This document shows, piece after piece, positions 45,601 to 54,356 of a stretch of DNA of 64,000 nucleotides. Every line of letters begins with the position of its first letter. Within the stretch, counting starts at the first letter, position 1. Location of the stretch: assembly GCA_964467775.1 (NCBI GenBank), contig CAYXUD010000117.1, forward strand, positions 6,873 to 70,872. The letters are read 5' to 3'. A program made the translations under genes and the position numbers. The notes below the pieces were generated by a model. The model did not search any database and was not told the DNA's origin. It saw only the letters and a list, made by a program, of their open reading frames with translations. This DNA comes from an uncultured Bacteroides sp. (GTDB lineage: Bacteria; Bacteroidota; Bacteroidia; Bacteroidales; GCA-2748055).

Positions 45601-45987
45601 GCGGTAGAAGAATTTGTAATTGTTTGACTTGTCTATGGCTTCATAGATCCTTCCCCCAAGGCCCGGCATGATCCCGATGCGGATGAATTCATTCTCGAGA
45701 TAGATGATGTGGTATGCCCTCTCCTCCTTCACACGGGTCATGTTCTCGTTCATGGGGTAGGGATAGATCCGCCTTTTCACTCCCTGGTGCGCCTGGCCGT
45801 CGTAAAAACGGGGCATCGGGTTCGGGGGATCGACCAGGTAGGTGGGGATCATCAGCGAATCCTCTGCCACCGCTACCCCTCCTGCAGATCCGGGGGTGTT
45901 GCACCCCGGGAATGAAACGACCATTACAAGAATAGCCGGGACCAGGAAACGGCTGATCTCAGTTACACTCAGAGATGATTTTTTCAC
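42646..45987 (-). CDS. DUF5107-like N-terminal domain fused to a long TPR array
   Basis: 1113 aa with a GTG start. The N-terminal ~440 aa is beta-rich (IPTYLVDPPNPMPRFYDG...GLGGRIYEAIDKSNNYKFFYRN...), as I recall for DUF5107. The C-terminal ~650 aa consists of TPR-like helical repeats. Confidence 0.6.
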   Translation of the reverse strand: MKKSSLSVTEISRFLVPAILVMVVSFPGCNTPGSAGGVAVAEDSLMIPTYLVDPPNPMPRFYDGQAHQGVKRRIYPYPMNENMTRVKEERAYHIIYLENEFIRIGIMPGLGGRIYEAIDKSNNYKFFYRNDVIEPSMIGMLGFWISGGNALGFPHHHGANTVAPMDYTIEKKPDGSVTVWMAYTELFHRTRLFYGFTVYPHSSIVELTARPANPTPAVHSFLFWANPSVHADTNYQVIFPPSVEYVTQHHKTEMTTWPVADRRYNRFDYKGMDISMWKNTGVPSSFFSWDPQEDFFGGYDHGKQAGTAWVGNHYICTGMKYWADGNNAAGRMINEGLTDTSGRYIELMAGAYTDNQPDYSWLQPYEMKEITMTWYPIRLLGGLKQANVNAALNMDLDGGKISVRLNTTRLFKKATVTLSCHDEELFSETIDISPALPYTMEVELDGPVITEKLVCTLTGSSGEPLLEYRPVPPPHKPMPEPLSSPPAPEDVRTVEELYLHGLRLDQFHNASLSSLPYYEEALKRDPGDYRVNTQMGILCLEKKRYEDAEKYLQNAVDRITMRYTRPKDSEALYYLGIARRRLHKDDAAYDNFYRATWNAGWHAQSYHQLAEMDCERGDFETALDHVDRSLETNVNDNRALGLRVTILRKLGRLDEAERLAGQIIESDLLDYQARNELCLVRKQSGRDRLAKTALADLENIMQGRVQSYLEFATVYSNCGFYEEAIDVLSRLEKKECEFPMVYYYLGYFWSQLGEVGKAQQYFSLANAKPHLYCFPFRDESVEALQSAIRYNPEEAMAYYYLGDLYYEQQPEKAVALWEKSRSLDSRFYIVQRNLALAAREQQNDLALSVRLYEDAFASNPRDQRLMYEYDMALEADRVSPAERYEKVYKGNSEVAGQRTSTLLREMELLVFLGRYDEVADLLNSHEFVESEGSRTLRDIYHNTFILRSLQECGAGDYAAAIRDMQAALDYPIGRWGSERRAQMYYLMGTCHEAAGDPAEADNNYRKAVAEVVEGTEYLYDQGLAYRKLGDPEKSRQRFNALLEMVNQHIGRSDAFRSFEAGSGSSAREARNLYMSGLAYLGMGRTGEARVQFEKALALDPSHVWSKQMLESDY

Positions 45988-46017
45988 GGCATACTGGTTT
46001 TAGGGTTACCGGACTTG

Positions 46018-47520
46018 TTAATACAGAGCCTTCCAGACATAGGTTCCCACGGAACCCGGGCTGAGCCGCAGGGATGCGTATTGTCCATGGTACTGGATCC
46101 TGAAAGCATTGTCATCAAAGGAGTCATTGGCCACGATCAGCACGATCTTCCCTTCCGGGGTGCGGAATGCCACGTTCGGCAACATGTTGTTGCTTTCAGA
46201 CACCCCCACCCGGAGTGCCCCCGTACCCCGCCGCTCTTCGTCCTCAGAAAGGCTTACCACCCTGTCCCCCTTCCGGGTTGAATGGATCCTGACCGAACCC
46301 GGCCTGACAAATTTTGAGGCATGGGCAATGGTGTAATAGGCCAGGTTCCTGGTGACACTGTCCTGATCGATGGTGACCGCTCCCTGGCACATGGAACAGC
46401 CCCCGTCGTCAGTATGCGGGTCATTGTCCGGATCGGCGGCAAAATTCCACAGTATCACGTTCCTGCTCCAGTTTTGCATGGCACCGATAATCAGGCGGTT
46501 CACCTGCCTGGCAATATCGATGACCGGACTGCCTGGCCTTTCAACCACCATCTGTTCCGTGAAATAGAGGTTCTTCCCGGGGTGGGCAGTATGCATCAGG
46601 GTCATGGCATCCAGTTCCCCGCCGTAATGGTGGAAACCCGAGCCGTCCACGTATCTGGCCGCTGCAGGGTCATTCAGGATGGTGAGGGGGTAATCGATCC
46701 GGTCCAGGTTGTGGTCGAAAATGACAATCTTCGTATCAATGCCCGACCTCTCAAATGCAGGCCCCAGGTGGTCCCTGATAAATTCTCTCTGGTCATCGGC
46801 AAGCATCTGCATGCTGGGGGTATTATTTGAATTCAGGGGTTCGTTCTGGACCGTAATGGCGTCAATGCGTATCCCCTGCTCCCTCATCGTTTCAATATAT
46901 TTAACGAAATAGAGGGCATAGACACTGTAATACTCCTTTTTCAGGTTGCCGGCTTTCACCCTGTTATTGGTCTTCATCCAGGGCGGGGCGGACCAGGGCG
47001 AGGCTATAATCAGGATGTCGGGATTCACCGACAGGATCTCCTTCATGACCGGCACCACGTCATGAAGGTCCTGCGCCAGGCTGAAATTCTCAAGGGACGG
47101 ATCTGTCTCATTCTCGGCCAGGTCATCGTATGAGAAGACGTAACTGTTCAGGTCAGAGGCCCCGATGGTCAGCCGTATATAGCTGACACCTATGTTGCTG
47201 CCGCCGGTCCCGAACAGCTCGTTGATCAGTTTGCCGCGCTCAGCAGGATCCATCCGGATCATCAGTCCGGCACTGCCTCCGGTCAGGGCGAATCCAAAGC
47301 CATCCACGGACTGCATCCGGTGACCGTCATCAATGATAATGGTCGGCCCGCCCCGCCTGCTGCGCCGGCTGTCGCCGAACTGCACGGGGGTCTCCTGCCT
47401 GCGGAAGAGCTCGGACCGGTCATAGCTCGTGATCCACGACTCAATCTCAGCCGGTCCGGCCGGCTGGCCCTGCAAGTTCAATGCAATCAGGGTACAAAGG
47501 ACAAATAGAGGTTTTTTCAT
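46018..47520 (-). CDS. Glycoside hydrolase family 30 (glucosylceramidase / beta-1,6-glucanase-like)
   Basis: 500 aa with a signal peptide. QSVDGFGFALTGGSA, ASPWSAPPWMKTN, the acid/base region ITVQNEP and the nucleophile region NLYFTEQ are typical GH30 landmarks. Confidence 0.85.
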   Translation of the reverse strand: MKKPLFVLCTLIALNLQGQPAGPAEIESWITSYDRSELFRRQETPVQFGDSRRSRRGGPTIIIDDGHRMQSVDGFGFALTGGSAGLMIRMDPAERGKLINELFGTGGSNIGVSYIRLTIGASDLNSYVFSYDDLAENETDPSLENFSLAQDLHDVVPVMKEILSVNPDILIIASPWSAPPWMKTNNRVKAGNLKKEYYSVYALYFVKYIETMREQGIRIDAITVQNEPLNSNNTPSMQMLADDQREFIRDHLGPAFERSGIDTKIVIFDHNLDRIDYPLTILNDPAAARYVDGSGFHHYGGELDAMTLMHTAHPGKNLYFTEQMVVERPGSPVIDIARQVNRLIIGAMQNWSRNVILWNFAADPDNDPHTDDGGCSMCQGAVTIDQDSVTRNLAYYTIAHASKFVRPGSVRIHSTRKGDRVVSLSEDEERRGTGALRVGVSESNNMLPNVAFRTPEGKIVLIVANDSFDDNAFRIQYHGQYASLRLSPGSVGTYVWKALY

Positions 47521-47619
47521 TCCCGTTCATTCAAAGGTGAACAATAAATCTAAAGAGATTTATCCAATTCACCCAATTGAGGAGAGGTGTAATGACATTG
47601 GAAGAGAAAAGGTCGTCTT

Positions 47620-50280
47620 CTAGTCAGACCTGAGAAGTTTGTATGTGGCCACCTGCCTGCCATTTTGCCTCATGGACAGATAATAGATGCCGCAGGCATG
47701 ATCCTTCCCGATCTCCCATTCAAATTCGCCTTCAAGGGAGTGAATCTTCTCATCCTTAAGCTCACCAATCAGTTTTCCGCCCGGATCGTAAAGATCAAAC
47801 TCAACGGGGGAGAGTCCCGGCACCCTGTACCTCACGGTGAAAATATCGTGAACCGGATTGGGATGAACCGAGAGGGCATACCCGGTTGCTGATACGGCCC
47901 GGTCAAATATGGAGGTCTCCTCAACCTTTACGAAATCGAACCAGTTCAGGTTCCACCCGCCGGAGACTACATAGATCCGGAAGGACTGTTTTCTCGCGGG
48001 CAGGTATATGGTGTCTGATATGGTAGCCCAGGTTTGTGATCCCCCGGTCGCTTCAACAGTGTGCGAAGAGACCACCGCCTGGGAGAGGGTCCTGAGTTCA
48101 AATGCTCCGCCCCCGGTGCTGCTTGCCACCCTGTAATCAACGCGGAAATATCCTGATTCCATGACATTCAGGCTGTATTCCATCCAGTCTCCTGCCTGCA
48201 GGGAAGTAAGGTTAAGTCCGCCCCCGGTATCGGAGGTCGCCTGGGTTGTAACCCCTGACATATTTGAGAAATACTCAGCTTCAACTCTCCCCGGTACGTC
48301 ACAAACACGGTAATAGCTGAAAAGTTTTGTTTTATCACGGGCCAGGCTGGCAGTGTCAAAAGCCATTACTGTCACTGAATGCGAACCGAAAGGGACCGAA
48401 TCCAGGGCCCACTCGAACTCGCCGGAGGCAGATACACCCGCAAAACGGGCATCCAGGTAAAGCTCCACCTTTGAGATCCCATCGGGATCTGTTGCCGACC
48501 CTTTCACAATGAGAGGCTGATCGGATCCTACCTTATAAGCCGGAGATGCAATCGTAATGACCGGCGGATTGTTGGCACTGGCCGGTACTTCAAAATCTAC
48601 CTGCGAGCTGTCGCCCAGAACGGCATCAACGCCGGCCAGCAGCGCCGTAAGCGGGGAGTTCCAGTTGATACAGACCTCGTTCGATGCATAGCTGCCCGTC
48701 ACATCCACATAGGATTTTGCAGGCTCGCTGAAGGGATATGCCTGTCCATCCTGCTGATCCTTATTCGGCCCGCCTGCGACGAAACCCGGAACAGGCTGAA
48801 CAATGCCGTCGGAGCCCGATGCCCGGTGATGGAAATTGATCGGGGTTTTATAACCGTATGAAGAGACGAAGGAAAAACCGGTGGCATTCTTTCCCAGGAT
48901 ATAATCGGCACATTCGGCTGCTCCATTGATGTATTTCACGTCACCGCTGATGATATATGCATACAACAGGCCGACACCCATATTGGCAATCCCGCTGTTC
49001 GATCCCCACCAGAACCCGAACTGCGGGATCCGGCAGGGACTTGAAGCAATCTGGTTCAGCCAGCTATCGGCAGTTGAGACCATGGAATTCCTGATCGTGT
49101 TAATAAGTGTTCCAGACAGACCATTCGCCCGTGTGGCCAGCGACAGTGAAGCGAGAGGCCGCACATTGGGCCAGCCGGGTTCACTTTGATAGGTCAGTGA
49201 ATTGCTCCTGCTCTCCAGGTAGGCTTTATATTCAGCATCCTGGGTGGTAATATAGAGCTCCGCTGCAGCCCAGATAAATTCGTCGGATACGTTTCCATCG
49301 CCGTACTCGCCGGTGGAGACATCCGAAGGATTATTGAAATAGATGGCCGGATTTGCCTTGGCCCAGTCCCAGGCATCCCTGGCTCGTGTGACACAGTCGG
49401 CGGCATAGGCGGAATCATAGTCAGTGTAGATCCTGCCCGCCATCGCCATCATGGCTGCAAAGTCAAGTGCAGAGGCTGTCGATTTCCCAATGACATAACG
49501 GTCCGCCGTTGCGTCTTCAGGCATCATGAATCCCGCGAACCCCAGGGTTGTCACCTTGACAAACACACCCCCGTCCTCATCCTGCATGGTCTTCAGCCAG
49601 TCCAGCTCATACTTCACCTCATCCAGCAGGTCGTTCTTGCCATTGCCCGATTCAGGAATCTGGATGGTGCTGTCAGCAAAAAAACCGCTGAAGTTTTCAT
49701 GGAACGAGAGCATGGTGGCCACCGAAATGCCCGCATTCACCACATATTTACCGAAGTCGCCGGCATCGTACCAGCCTTCCGGGGATGACAGTTTTCCGCT
49801 CTTTCCCGTGGACGAATGGTAGATGCATGCTGTATCAGGATGCCCCGATGCCCTGGCCCAAAGTCCCGCATATTCTTGCGCAAGTTCATATGAACAGCGC
49901 TGGTAATAATAGGATTTTAGAGAGGCGTAGGCTGCTTTTCTCCATACGGTTTTAGAAATTTCAAAAGGGTAGGACTCCCCGAAACCTGGGATGCGGATCT
50001 GATAGACCCCGGTTTTGGTAAGACCGGTAAAATCACAGAGCCTGATGCTGTCGCCCGCATCGGACCAGTATGCCGGGGCAGCCAGGCTGCCTGAGTACTC
50101 TACAGTACTGTCAGCTGTGTTCACCACCTCAAAGGTGCTGGCATCGGTAAAAACGACCGGGACAATTTTATGGGCATCAGGGTAATAACCAAGCTGATTG
50201 ATCCTTATTGCACCGGTTTGGGCATCTGCCATGAGCGACAGCCCGAATGCCAATATGATGGCTAACAGGGGGGTTCTCAT
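47620..50280 (-). CDS. GH9 endoglucanase with an N-terminal Ig-like domain, an Ig/cadherin-like module, CBM6 and a T9SS C-terminal sorting domain
   Basis: Start at ATG 50280 (MRTPLLAIILAFGLSLMADAQ; the ORF extends to 50346). CelD_N-like IRINQLGYYP. GH9 motifs GWYDAGDFGKYV, HHRASG and YASNEVCINWNSPL. CBM6-like RVEAEYF...GDWMEYSLNV...GGWNLNWFDF. C-terminal T9SS type-A domain SVHPNPVHDIFTVRY...GIYYLSMRQNGRQVATYKLL. Confidence 0.88.
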   Translation of the reverse strand: MRTPLLAIILAFGLSLMADAQTGAIRINQLGYYPDAHKIVPVVFTDASTFEVVNTADSTVEYSGSLAAPAYWSDAGDSIRLCDFTGLTKTGVYQIRIPGFGESYPFEISKTVWRKAAYASLKSYYYQRCSYELAQEYAGLWARASGHPDTACIYHSSTGKSGKLSSPEGWYDAGDFGKYVVNAGISVATMLSFHENFSGFFADSTIQIPESGNGKNDLLDEVKYELDWLKTMQDEDGGVFVKVTTLGFAGFMMPEDATADRYVIGKSTASALDFAAMMAMAGRIYTDYDSAYAADCVTRARDAWDWAKANPAIYFNNPSDVSTGEYGDGNVSDEFIWAAAELYITTQDAEYKAYLESRSNSLTYQSEPGWPNVRPLASLSLATRANGLSGTLINTIRNSMVSTADSWLNQIASSPCRIPQFGFWWGSNSGIANMGVGLLYAYIISGDVKYINGAAECADYILGKNATGFSFVSSYGYKTPINFHHRASGSDGIVQPVPGFVAGGPNKDQQDGQAYPFSEPAKSYVDVTGSYASNEVCINWNSPLTALLAGVDAVLGDSSQVDFEVPASANNPPVITIASPAYKVGSDQPLIVKGSATDPDGISKVELYLDARFAGVSASGEFEWALDSVPFGSHSVTVMAFDTASLARDKTKLFSYYRVCDVPGRVEAEYFSNMSGVTTQATSDTGGGLNLTSLQAGDWMEYSLNVMESGYFRVDYRVASSTGGGAFELRTLSQAVVSSHTVEATGGSQTWATISDTIYLPARKQSFRIYVVSGGWNLNWFDFVKVEETSIFDRAVSATGYALSVHPNPVHDIFTVRYRVPGLSPVEFDLYDPGGKLIGELKDEKIHSLEGEFEWEIGKDHACGIYYLSMRQNGRQVATYKLLRSD

Positions 50281-50445
50281 AATAATTCCTTCAAAATGGG
50301 ATGAATATCTGCAAAATATAATAAAAAAAAGATCAGTTGCCGGCAACCCGTATAAAAAGAGGAATAAAAATCCATTATATAACGGAATGGGTCCATTTTT
50401 ACATAACTTGCAGCCTTAAACAGAATCGAACCTGATCCTTCCGAA

Positions 50446-51309
50446 ATGGGCATTCTTTCCAGAATCTATTCTCACATCAATTCCGGGATCTCTACCAGGA
50501 ACTATTACAGTTCCATGAACCAGGCCCTGTTCAGGCTGAATCAGGAATACACGATGCTGCACTATCCCTATTACGGACTGGAGAGTGACAGCTTTATGGA
50601 AGCACAGGCCAACCTGACCGACTACTGTATGTCACAACTGCCTTCCATCAAAGGAAAGGAGCTGCTTGAAATCGGCTGCGGGAACGGGGTGCAGGCCATC
50701 TATATACATGAGAAATACGCCCCCGGACTTATGAAGGCGATAGATTTGAATAACGGCAATATTGAAATTGCCCGGAAAGAGGCTGAAAAGAGAGGTATCA
50801 GGGATATCATTTTCCATGTGGATGATGCCCATAATCTCTCCACTGTGGAGAACAATTCCGTGGACTTTGTCATCAATATCGAAAGTGCTTTCCACTATCC
50901 GGACAAACCTGCGTTCTTCCGCCAGGTCAACCGGGTACTGAAACCCGGAGGATCGTTTGTAATTGCAGATATTCTGACCAGGAAAAGCAGAAGAAGCCGG
51001 CTGAAAGATTACTGGAAAAGGAAGATGTCATACCATCACTGGCCCATCAGCAGTTATAAAACTGAACTTCCGCTGGCAGATTTCAATATTGTCAATATAT
51101 CAGACATCACCTCACAGGTAATTCGCAGTTTCTGCAACTACAGGAAATGGTTCAGGAGTATGAAGAGCAAACATTTCCTGGAGGACCTGCTGATGAAGCT
51201 ATACTATACAATCCATGTAAGGCTGAATATTCATCTGCTGAGGACCAGCCGCCAGTACTGTGTTTTTGTCGGTACGAAACCAGGACCGGGAACAGGCCCC
51301 TTCATTTAA
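50446..51309 (+). CDS. Class I SAM-dependent methyltransferase
   Basis: 287 aa. Motif I is ELLEIGCGNGVQAIYI, with post-I DLN and motif II/III VDFVINIESAFHYPD...LKPGGSFVIAD. Confidence 0.75.
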   Translation: MGILSRIYSHINSGISTRNYYSSMNQALFRLNQEYTMLHYPYYGLESDSFMEAQANLTDYCMSQLPSIKGKELLEIGCGNGVQAIYIHEKYAPGLMKAIDLNNGNIEIARKEAEKRGIRDIIFHVDDAHNLSTVENNSVDFVINIESAFHYPDKPAFFRQVNRVLKPGGSFVIADILTRKSRRSRLKDYWKRKMSYHHWPISSYKTELPLADFNIVNISDITSQVIRSFCNYRKWFRSMKSKHFLEDLLMKLYYTIHVRLNIHLLRTSRQYCVFVGTKPGPGTGPFI

Positions 51310-51359
51310 GGTACACCCTTGCTCCATTATTCCCCGGTGCCGCTTACCCGCTTTTCGAC

Positions 51360-51773
51360 CTAAAGAACGAACCAGTCAGTAAAAGATTCCCATGTGATCA
51401 TCATATTCAGCCTGTCATCCTGGACTTTCATCTGTGCCGCAGCCGCTTTTGCCTTGTCACTTGAGATGCCGTCTGAAGGCCACCACTGATTTCTTTCTTC
51501 AATTGATTTAAAAAGCAGCAGGACACAATACCCATCTTTCTCCACTCCTCTGTCCCCCTTCGCCAGGATCATCTGCACACCGGTAAAGTACTTTTCAAAA
51601 GCCGGTATATATTCTTCAACCATGAATTTTTCAAATCTATCGGTTTTAACTTCAGGTTTAAGAGTAAAATTCCAGTTGCCAAAGACAGATTCATCGGTTA
51701 TCACCTGACCATTGACAAACGGCAGTATCATAAAGGCCAGGAAGACAGGGAAGAAAATCTTTAAACTTTTCAT
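51360..51773 (-). CDS. Hypothetical secreted protein
   Basis: 137 aa. Signal peptide MKSLKIFFPVFLAFMILPFVNGQ. No recognisable domain. Low-GC region. Confidence 0.5.
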   Translation of the reverse strand: MKSLKIFFPVFLAFMILPFVNGQVITDESVFGNWNFTLKPEVKTDRFEKFMVEEYIPAFEKYFTGVQMILAKGDRGVEKDGYCVLLLFKSIEERNQWWPSDGISSDKAKAAAAQMKVQDDRLNMMITWESFTDWFVL

Positions 51774-52046
51774 GATTCAGGTTTTTGGGTTTCGATTCAG
51801 CAAGTTACGGGAAGTAGTCTCCAAAGTCAAGTATCTCACGACGAACGGCCAGCCGGCAAAAATAAACCAGCCGGACCGGCTTTTTTGCAGTCCACGGGTG
51901 CTTTCCTGGCGTTCCGGGAACCTTTTAAATTCGACGCAATCGGTAAAAGAAAGACAAAAGAGTACAGGATAAGAGGTGGTCAGGAACTTCCGGCCTGGTC
52001 GATATCCAGCGGGCCACCATCTCGTTGTGTGTCACAGGGTCATTGA

Positions 52047-52388
52047 TCAACAATCCCCTTTGGCTGCGCGTAATGTCAATTCAGGATAGAACAGCTCACC
52101 CATCCATGGTTCCAGGACAAGCTCCTCTTCCTCAATTCCGCTTTTAAAAGGAACGGTCATCCACTCCTCAACGCTCACGTCGGGCTCAAGGATCAATTCA
52201 TAGGATATGTCGCAGGTCATTGCTGAGATGAAGGGACCAACACATTCATCTCCTGAAAATGATTCGCTGTCCAGGCTCTTCATGTCTGAGATGAACCTGG
52301 AAGGGCCATCCAGAAAGGCAAGTTGTCCAAACAGTGTAACAGTGAATACTGAGATAAATATGCCTGTGATTATTGTTCTTGTTTTCAT
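52047..52388 (-). CDS. Hypothetical small secreted/membrane-anchored acidic protein
   Basis: 113 aa. N-terminal hydrophobic segment and repeated E-E-W-M / E-P-W-M motifs. No recognisable domain. Confidence 0.4.
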   Translation of the reverse strand: MKTRTIITGIFISVFTVTLFGQLAFLDGPSRFISDMKSLDSESFSGDECVGPFISAMTCDISYELILEPDVSVEEWMTVPFKSGIEEEELVLEPWMGELFYPELTLRAAKGDC

Positions 52389-52471
52389 GATCGTCTGGTT
52401 TATGATGTAAGATTACATCCTTTATTTGGAATGAATCTAATTAATCCGGGAATTAACAGATAATTAACTTG

Positions 52472-52942
52472 CTATATGCTAAATCCCAGGATACTCCAGG
52501 CAATCGTCAGAACAATTCCAACCCCTATCAGGCAACCGCTCATCTTCCCAAGAGAAGCACTCAAGGGGGTTCTTGCCTCTTCAATTCCGCGCTTTCTCAG
52601 GTATTCTGCCATCCTTCCTTCAAACAATCCGGCAAAACCGTCGGTGATTGAATCCCCCACGGCACCCCCGACGACGGCCCCAAGCACTCCTGCAAAATTC
52701 GCCCCTATCAGTGCTGCGATTCCTAAAAAACTTGTGTCAATCGCTCCGAATACAATATCTGCACCTGTTGATTTTATCGTCCTCCCCGAGATTTTCAACG
52801 GAATCCAGGGGACCATTCCCAGCAGGATGATTACCGGACCAATCACCCTTGTTTTAAAGATCGTAAAGGATATAACACTGACTATTACAGCCGAAACAAT
52901 CGTTACGCTTGTCAATGCAAAAAGAAATCCCGATTTTTTCAT
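52472..52942 (-). CDS. Hypothetical integral membrane protein with a glycine-zipper segment
   Basis: 156 aa and 4 predicted TM helices. Contains GVLGAVVGGAVGD. Preferred over the equal-length mirror ORF on the plus strand, which is Pro/Ser/Thr/Ala-rich. Confidence 0.55.
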   Translation of the reverse strand: MKKSGFLFALTSVTIVSAVIVSVISFTIFKTRVIGPVIILLGMVPWIPLKISGRTIKSTGADIVFGAIDTSFLGIAALIGANFAGVLGAVVGGAVGDSITDGFAGLFEGRMAEYLRKRGIEEARTPLSASLGKMSGCLIGVGIVLTIAWSILGFSI

Positions 52943-53079
52943 GTGATATTCAATGAATTAGAACTTACAGACTGGAAGAGAACTTACCGGGGTAAAGTTA
53001 TTTCCTTAAATATGTTATCTGGTATTATTGCCGGACAGAATAGAGGCTGGACAGCCTGCTGACACTGAATGTATCATCG

Positions 53080-53154
53080 TGGGGTGTACTGGATTCGAAC
53101 CAGTGACCTCATGCGTGTGAAGCATGCACTCTGAACCGACTGAGCTAACACCCC
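53080..53154 (-). tRNA. tRNA-Val (anticodon CAC)
   Basis: Hand-folded reverse complement: GGGGTGT-TA-GCTC-AGTCGGTTCA-GAGT-G-CATGC-TTCACAC-GCATG-AGGTC-ACTGG-TTCGAAT-CCAGT-ACACCCC-A. Anticodon CAC. CCA is not encoded. Confidence 0.9.
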
Positions 53155-53254
53155 TTGGATGACAAAGATAATCTAAAAAACCTCGAAATATCAAAACATA
53201 TGGAATAGCAATACTGCCAGGTGCCCTTCCTTTGACCGCAATTAACAGGATTGG

Positions 53255-54340
53255 TCAAGTATTTTCTTTTCTCAGACGTGTTACAAAACCGGTGATGACA
53301 AAAAGGACAAACAGTGCTGAAATAATCCATACGATATAATTATTCACTTTTGATTCCGCCCACATTTCATATGTCTGGGTCAGAATATATGCTGGATCAA
53401 CTGTCCAAAGGATACCCCCTCTATTCTCGGAATCCGGTTCCGTTTGAGCATACCCGTTTGATGCAATGATCCTTCCGGGCATCCTTATTTCCATATCGTA
53501 GTCATGTGCCGACAGGCAAATTTTATCCATTTCATGCAACAAGGCAATGGCGTAGTCTATCTCAGATTCGAAAGCGGTAAAAAAGCCCTCCCCCAGTACA
53601 GAAATAAAAAGGGAATCCGAAATGTATTCATCAATTTCACGATCACTTTCATCTGCCATCAGATGCTCCACAAATTTCGACTCCATCGACCTCATTTCTT
53701 CCCTGTTCATCTCAAGCTCGGGATCGTCTTCAAAGAGGTCATAAAAAATCTCAGTCCATTGCCTGATTTCACTAGTAAAAAACCATCGCATGCCCTCTAC
53801 ATCAAATATGTTATCCAACTCTTTGAACTTCAGGCTGTCAGGTCCGTTTCTCAAATCATTCTGAACCTTGGCGGGCAGATAGAAAAATTCAAGTGCTTCA
53901 TCCGACAGGAAATCTGAAATTGGACAATCGATGGTCATGGAGCTTTCAATGGTTTCGGAATACCTGTAAACCGTAGTGAACCATTTGAAACTTTTGGAAA
54001 AATCCGCCCTTCTTTGCAAGCCCCGGTTGCTTCCCAGATCTTTCCTGTATTCTTCGTTTATCTCATCCACACTATTGAAATGTTTTTCCGCAGTAAGGTA
54101 CCAGATCGTATCATTCTCTTCATGAACCTCCATTGAAGTTTCAATCTGCCAGGTGTTGTTGATGGGCACATCGAAAGTTTTTGGCTCCAGGTAATTCCTG
54201 GTGTTTGTCTTCACCGTTACCTTCCTGGTAACCGACCCGTTTGCATGAACAGTGTTTATGACATGTGTTTCCCTGTAATCACACGAGAAGAGTATGATCA
54301 TGGTTGTAACCATAAGAGATATTCTTAATTTCCGTTTCAT
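53255..54340 (-). CDS. Hypothetical lipoprotein-like protein with a C-terminal TM anchor, third gene of the ECF sigma operon
   Basis: Likely start at ATG 54340 (MKRKLRISLMVTTMIILFSC); the ORF extends to 54373. C-terminal TM helix NNYIVWIISALFVLFVITGFV. No recognisable domain. Confidence 0.6.
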   Translation of the reverse strand: MKRKLRISLMVTTMIILFSCDYRETHVINTVHANGSVTRKVTVKTNTRNYLEPKTFDVPINNTWQIETSMEVHEENDTIWYLTAEKHFNSVDEINEEYRKDLGSNRGLQRRADFSKSFKWFTTVYRYSETIESSMTIDCPISDFLSDEALEFFYLPAKVQNDLRNGPDSLKFKELDNIFDVEGMRWFFTSEIRQWTEIFYDLFEDDPELEMNREEMRSMESKFVEHLMADESDREIDEYISDSLFISVLGEGFFTAFESEIDYAIALLHEMDKICLSAHDYDMEIRMPGRIIASNGYAQTEPDSENRGGILWTVDPAYILTQTYEMWAESKVNNYIVWIISALFVLFVITGFVTRLRKENT

Positions 54341-54356
54341 GGCATAAGAATTATAG

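Noticed and set aside
50424-50438. GAATCGAACCTGATCC, resembling the reverse complement of a tRNA T-arm. It could be a possible att remnant matching tRNA-Val 2.6 kb away.
   Set aside because: Only the GGTTCGAnTC core matches. The flanking bases do not form a T-stem or match the tRNA-Val 3' end beyond roughly 17 of 22 loosely aligned positions. No integrase is present. This is too weak to call an attachment site.
52476-52946. A mirror ORF of exactly the same length (156 aa) on the plus strand opposite the 52472..52942 membrane-protein gene.
   Set aside because: The minus-strand product has four clean TM helices and a glycine zipper. The plus-strand product is Pro/Ser/Thr/Ala/Ile-rich with no structure-like pattern. 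It is most likely a frame artefact, although the perfect mirroring is curious.
53145-53330. A 61-aa ORF overlapping the 5' end of tRNA-Val.
   Set aside because: It overlaps a well-folded tRNA gene and the end of the 372-aa gene, and has no supporting features.
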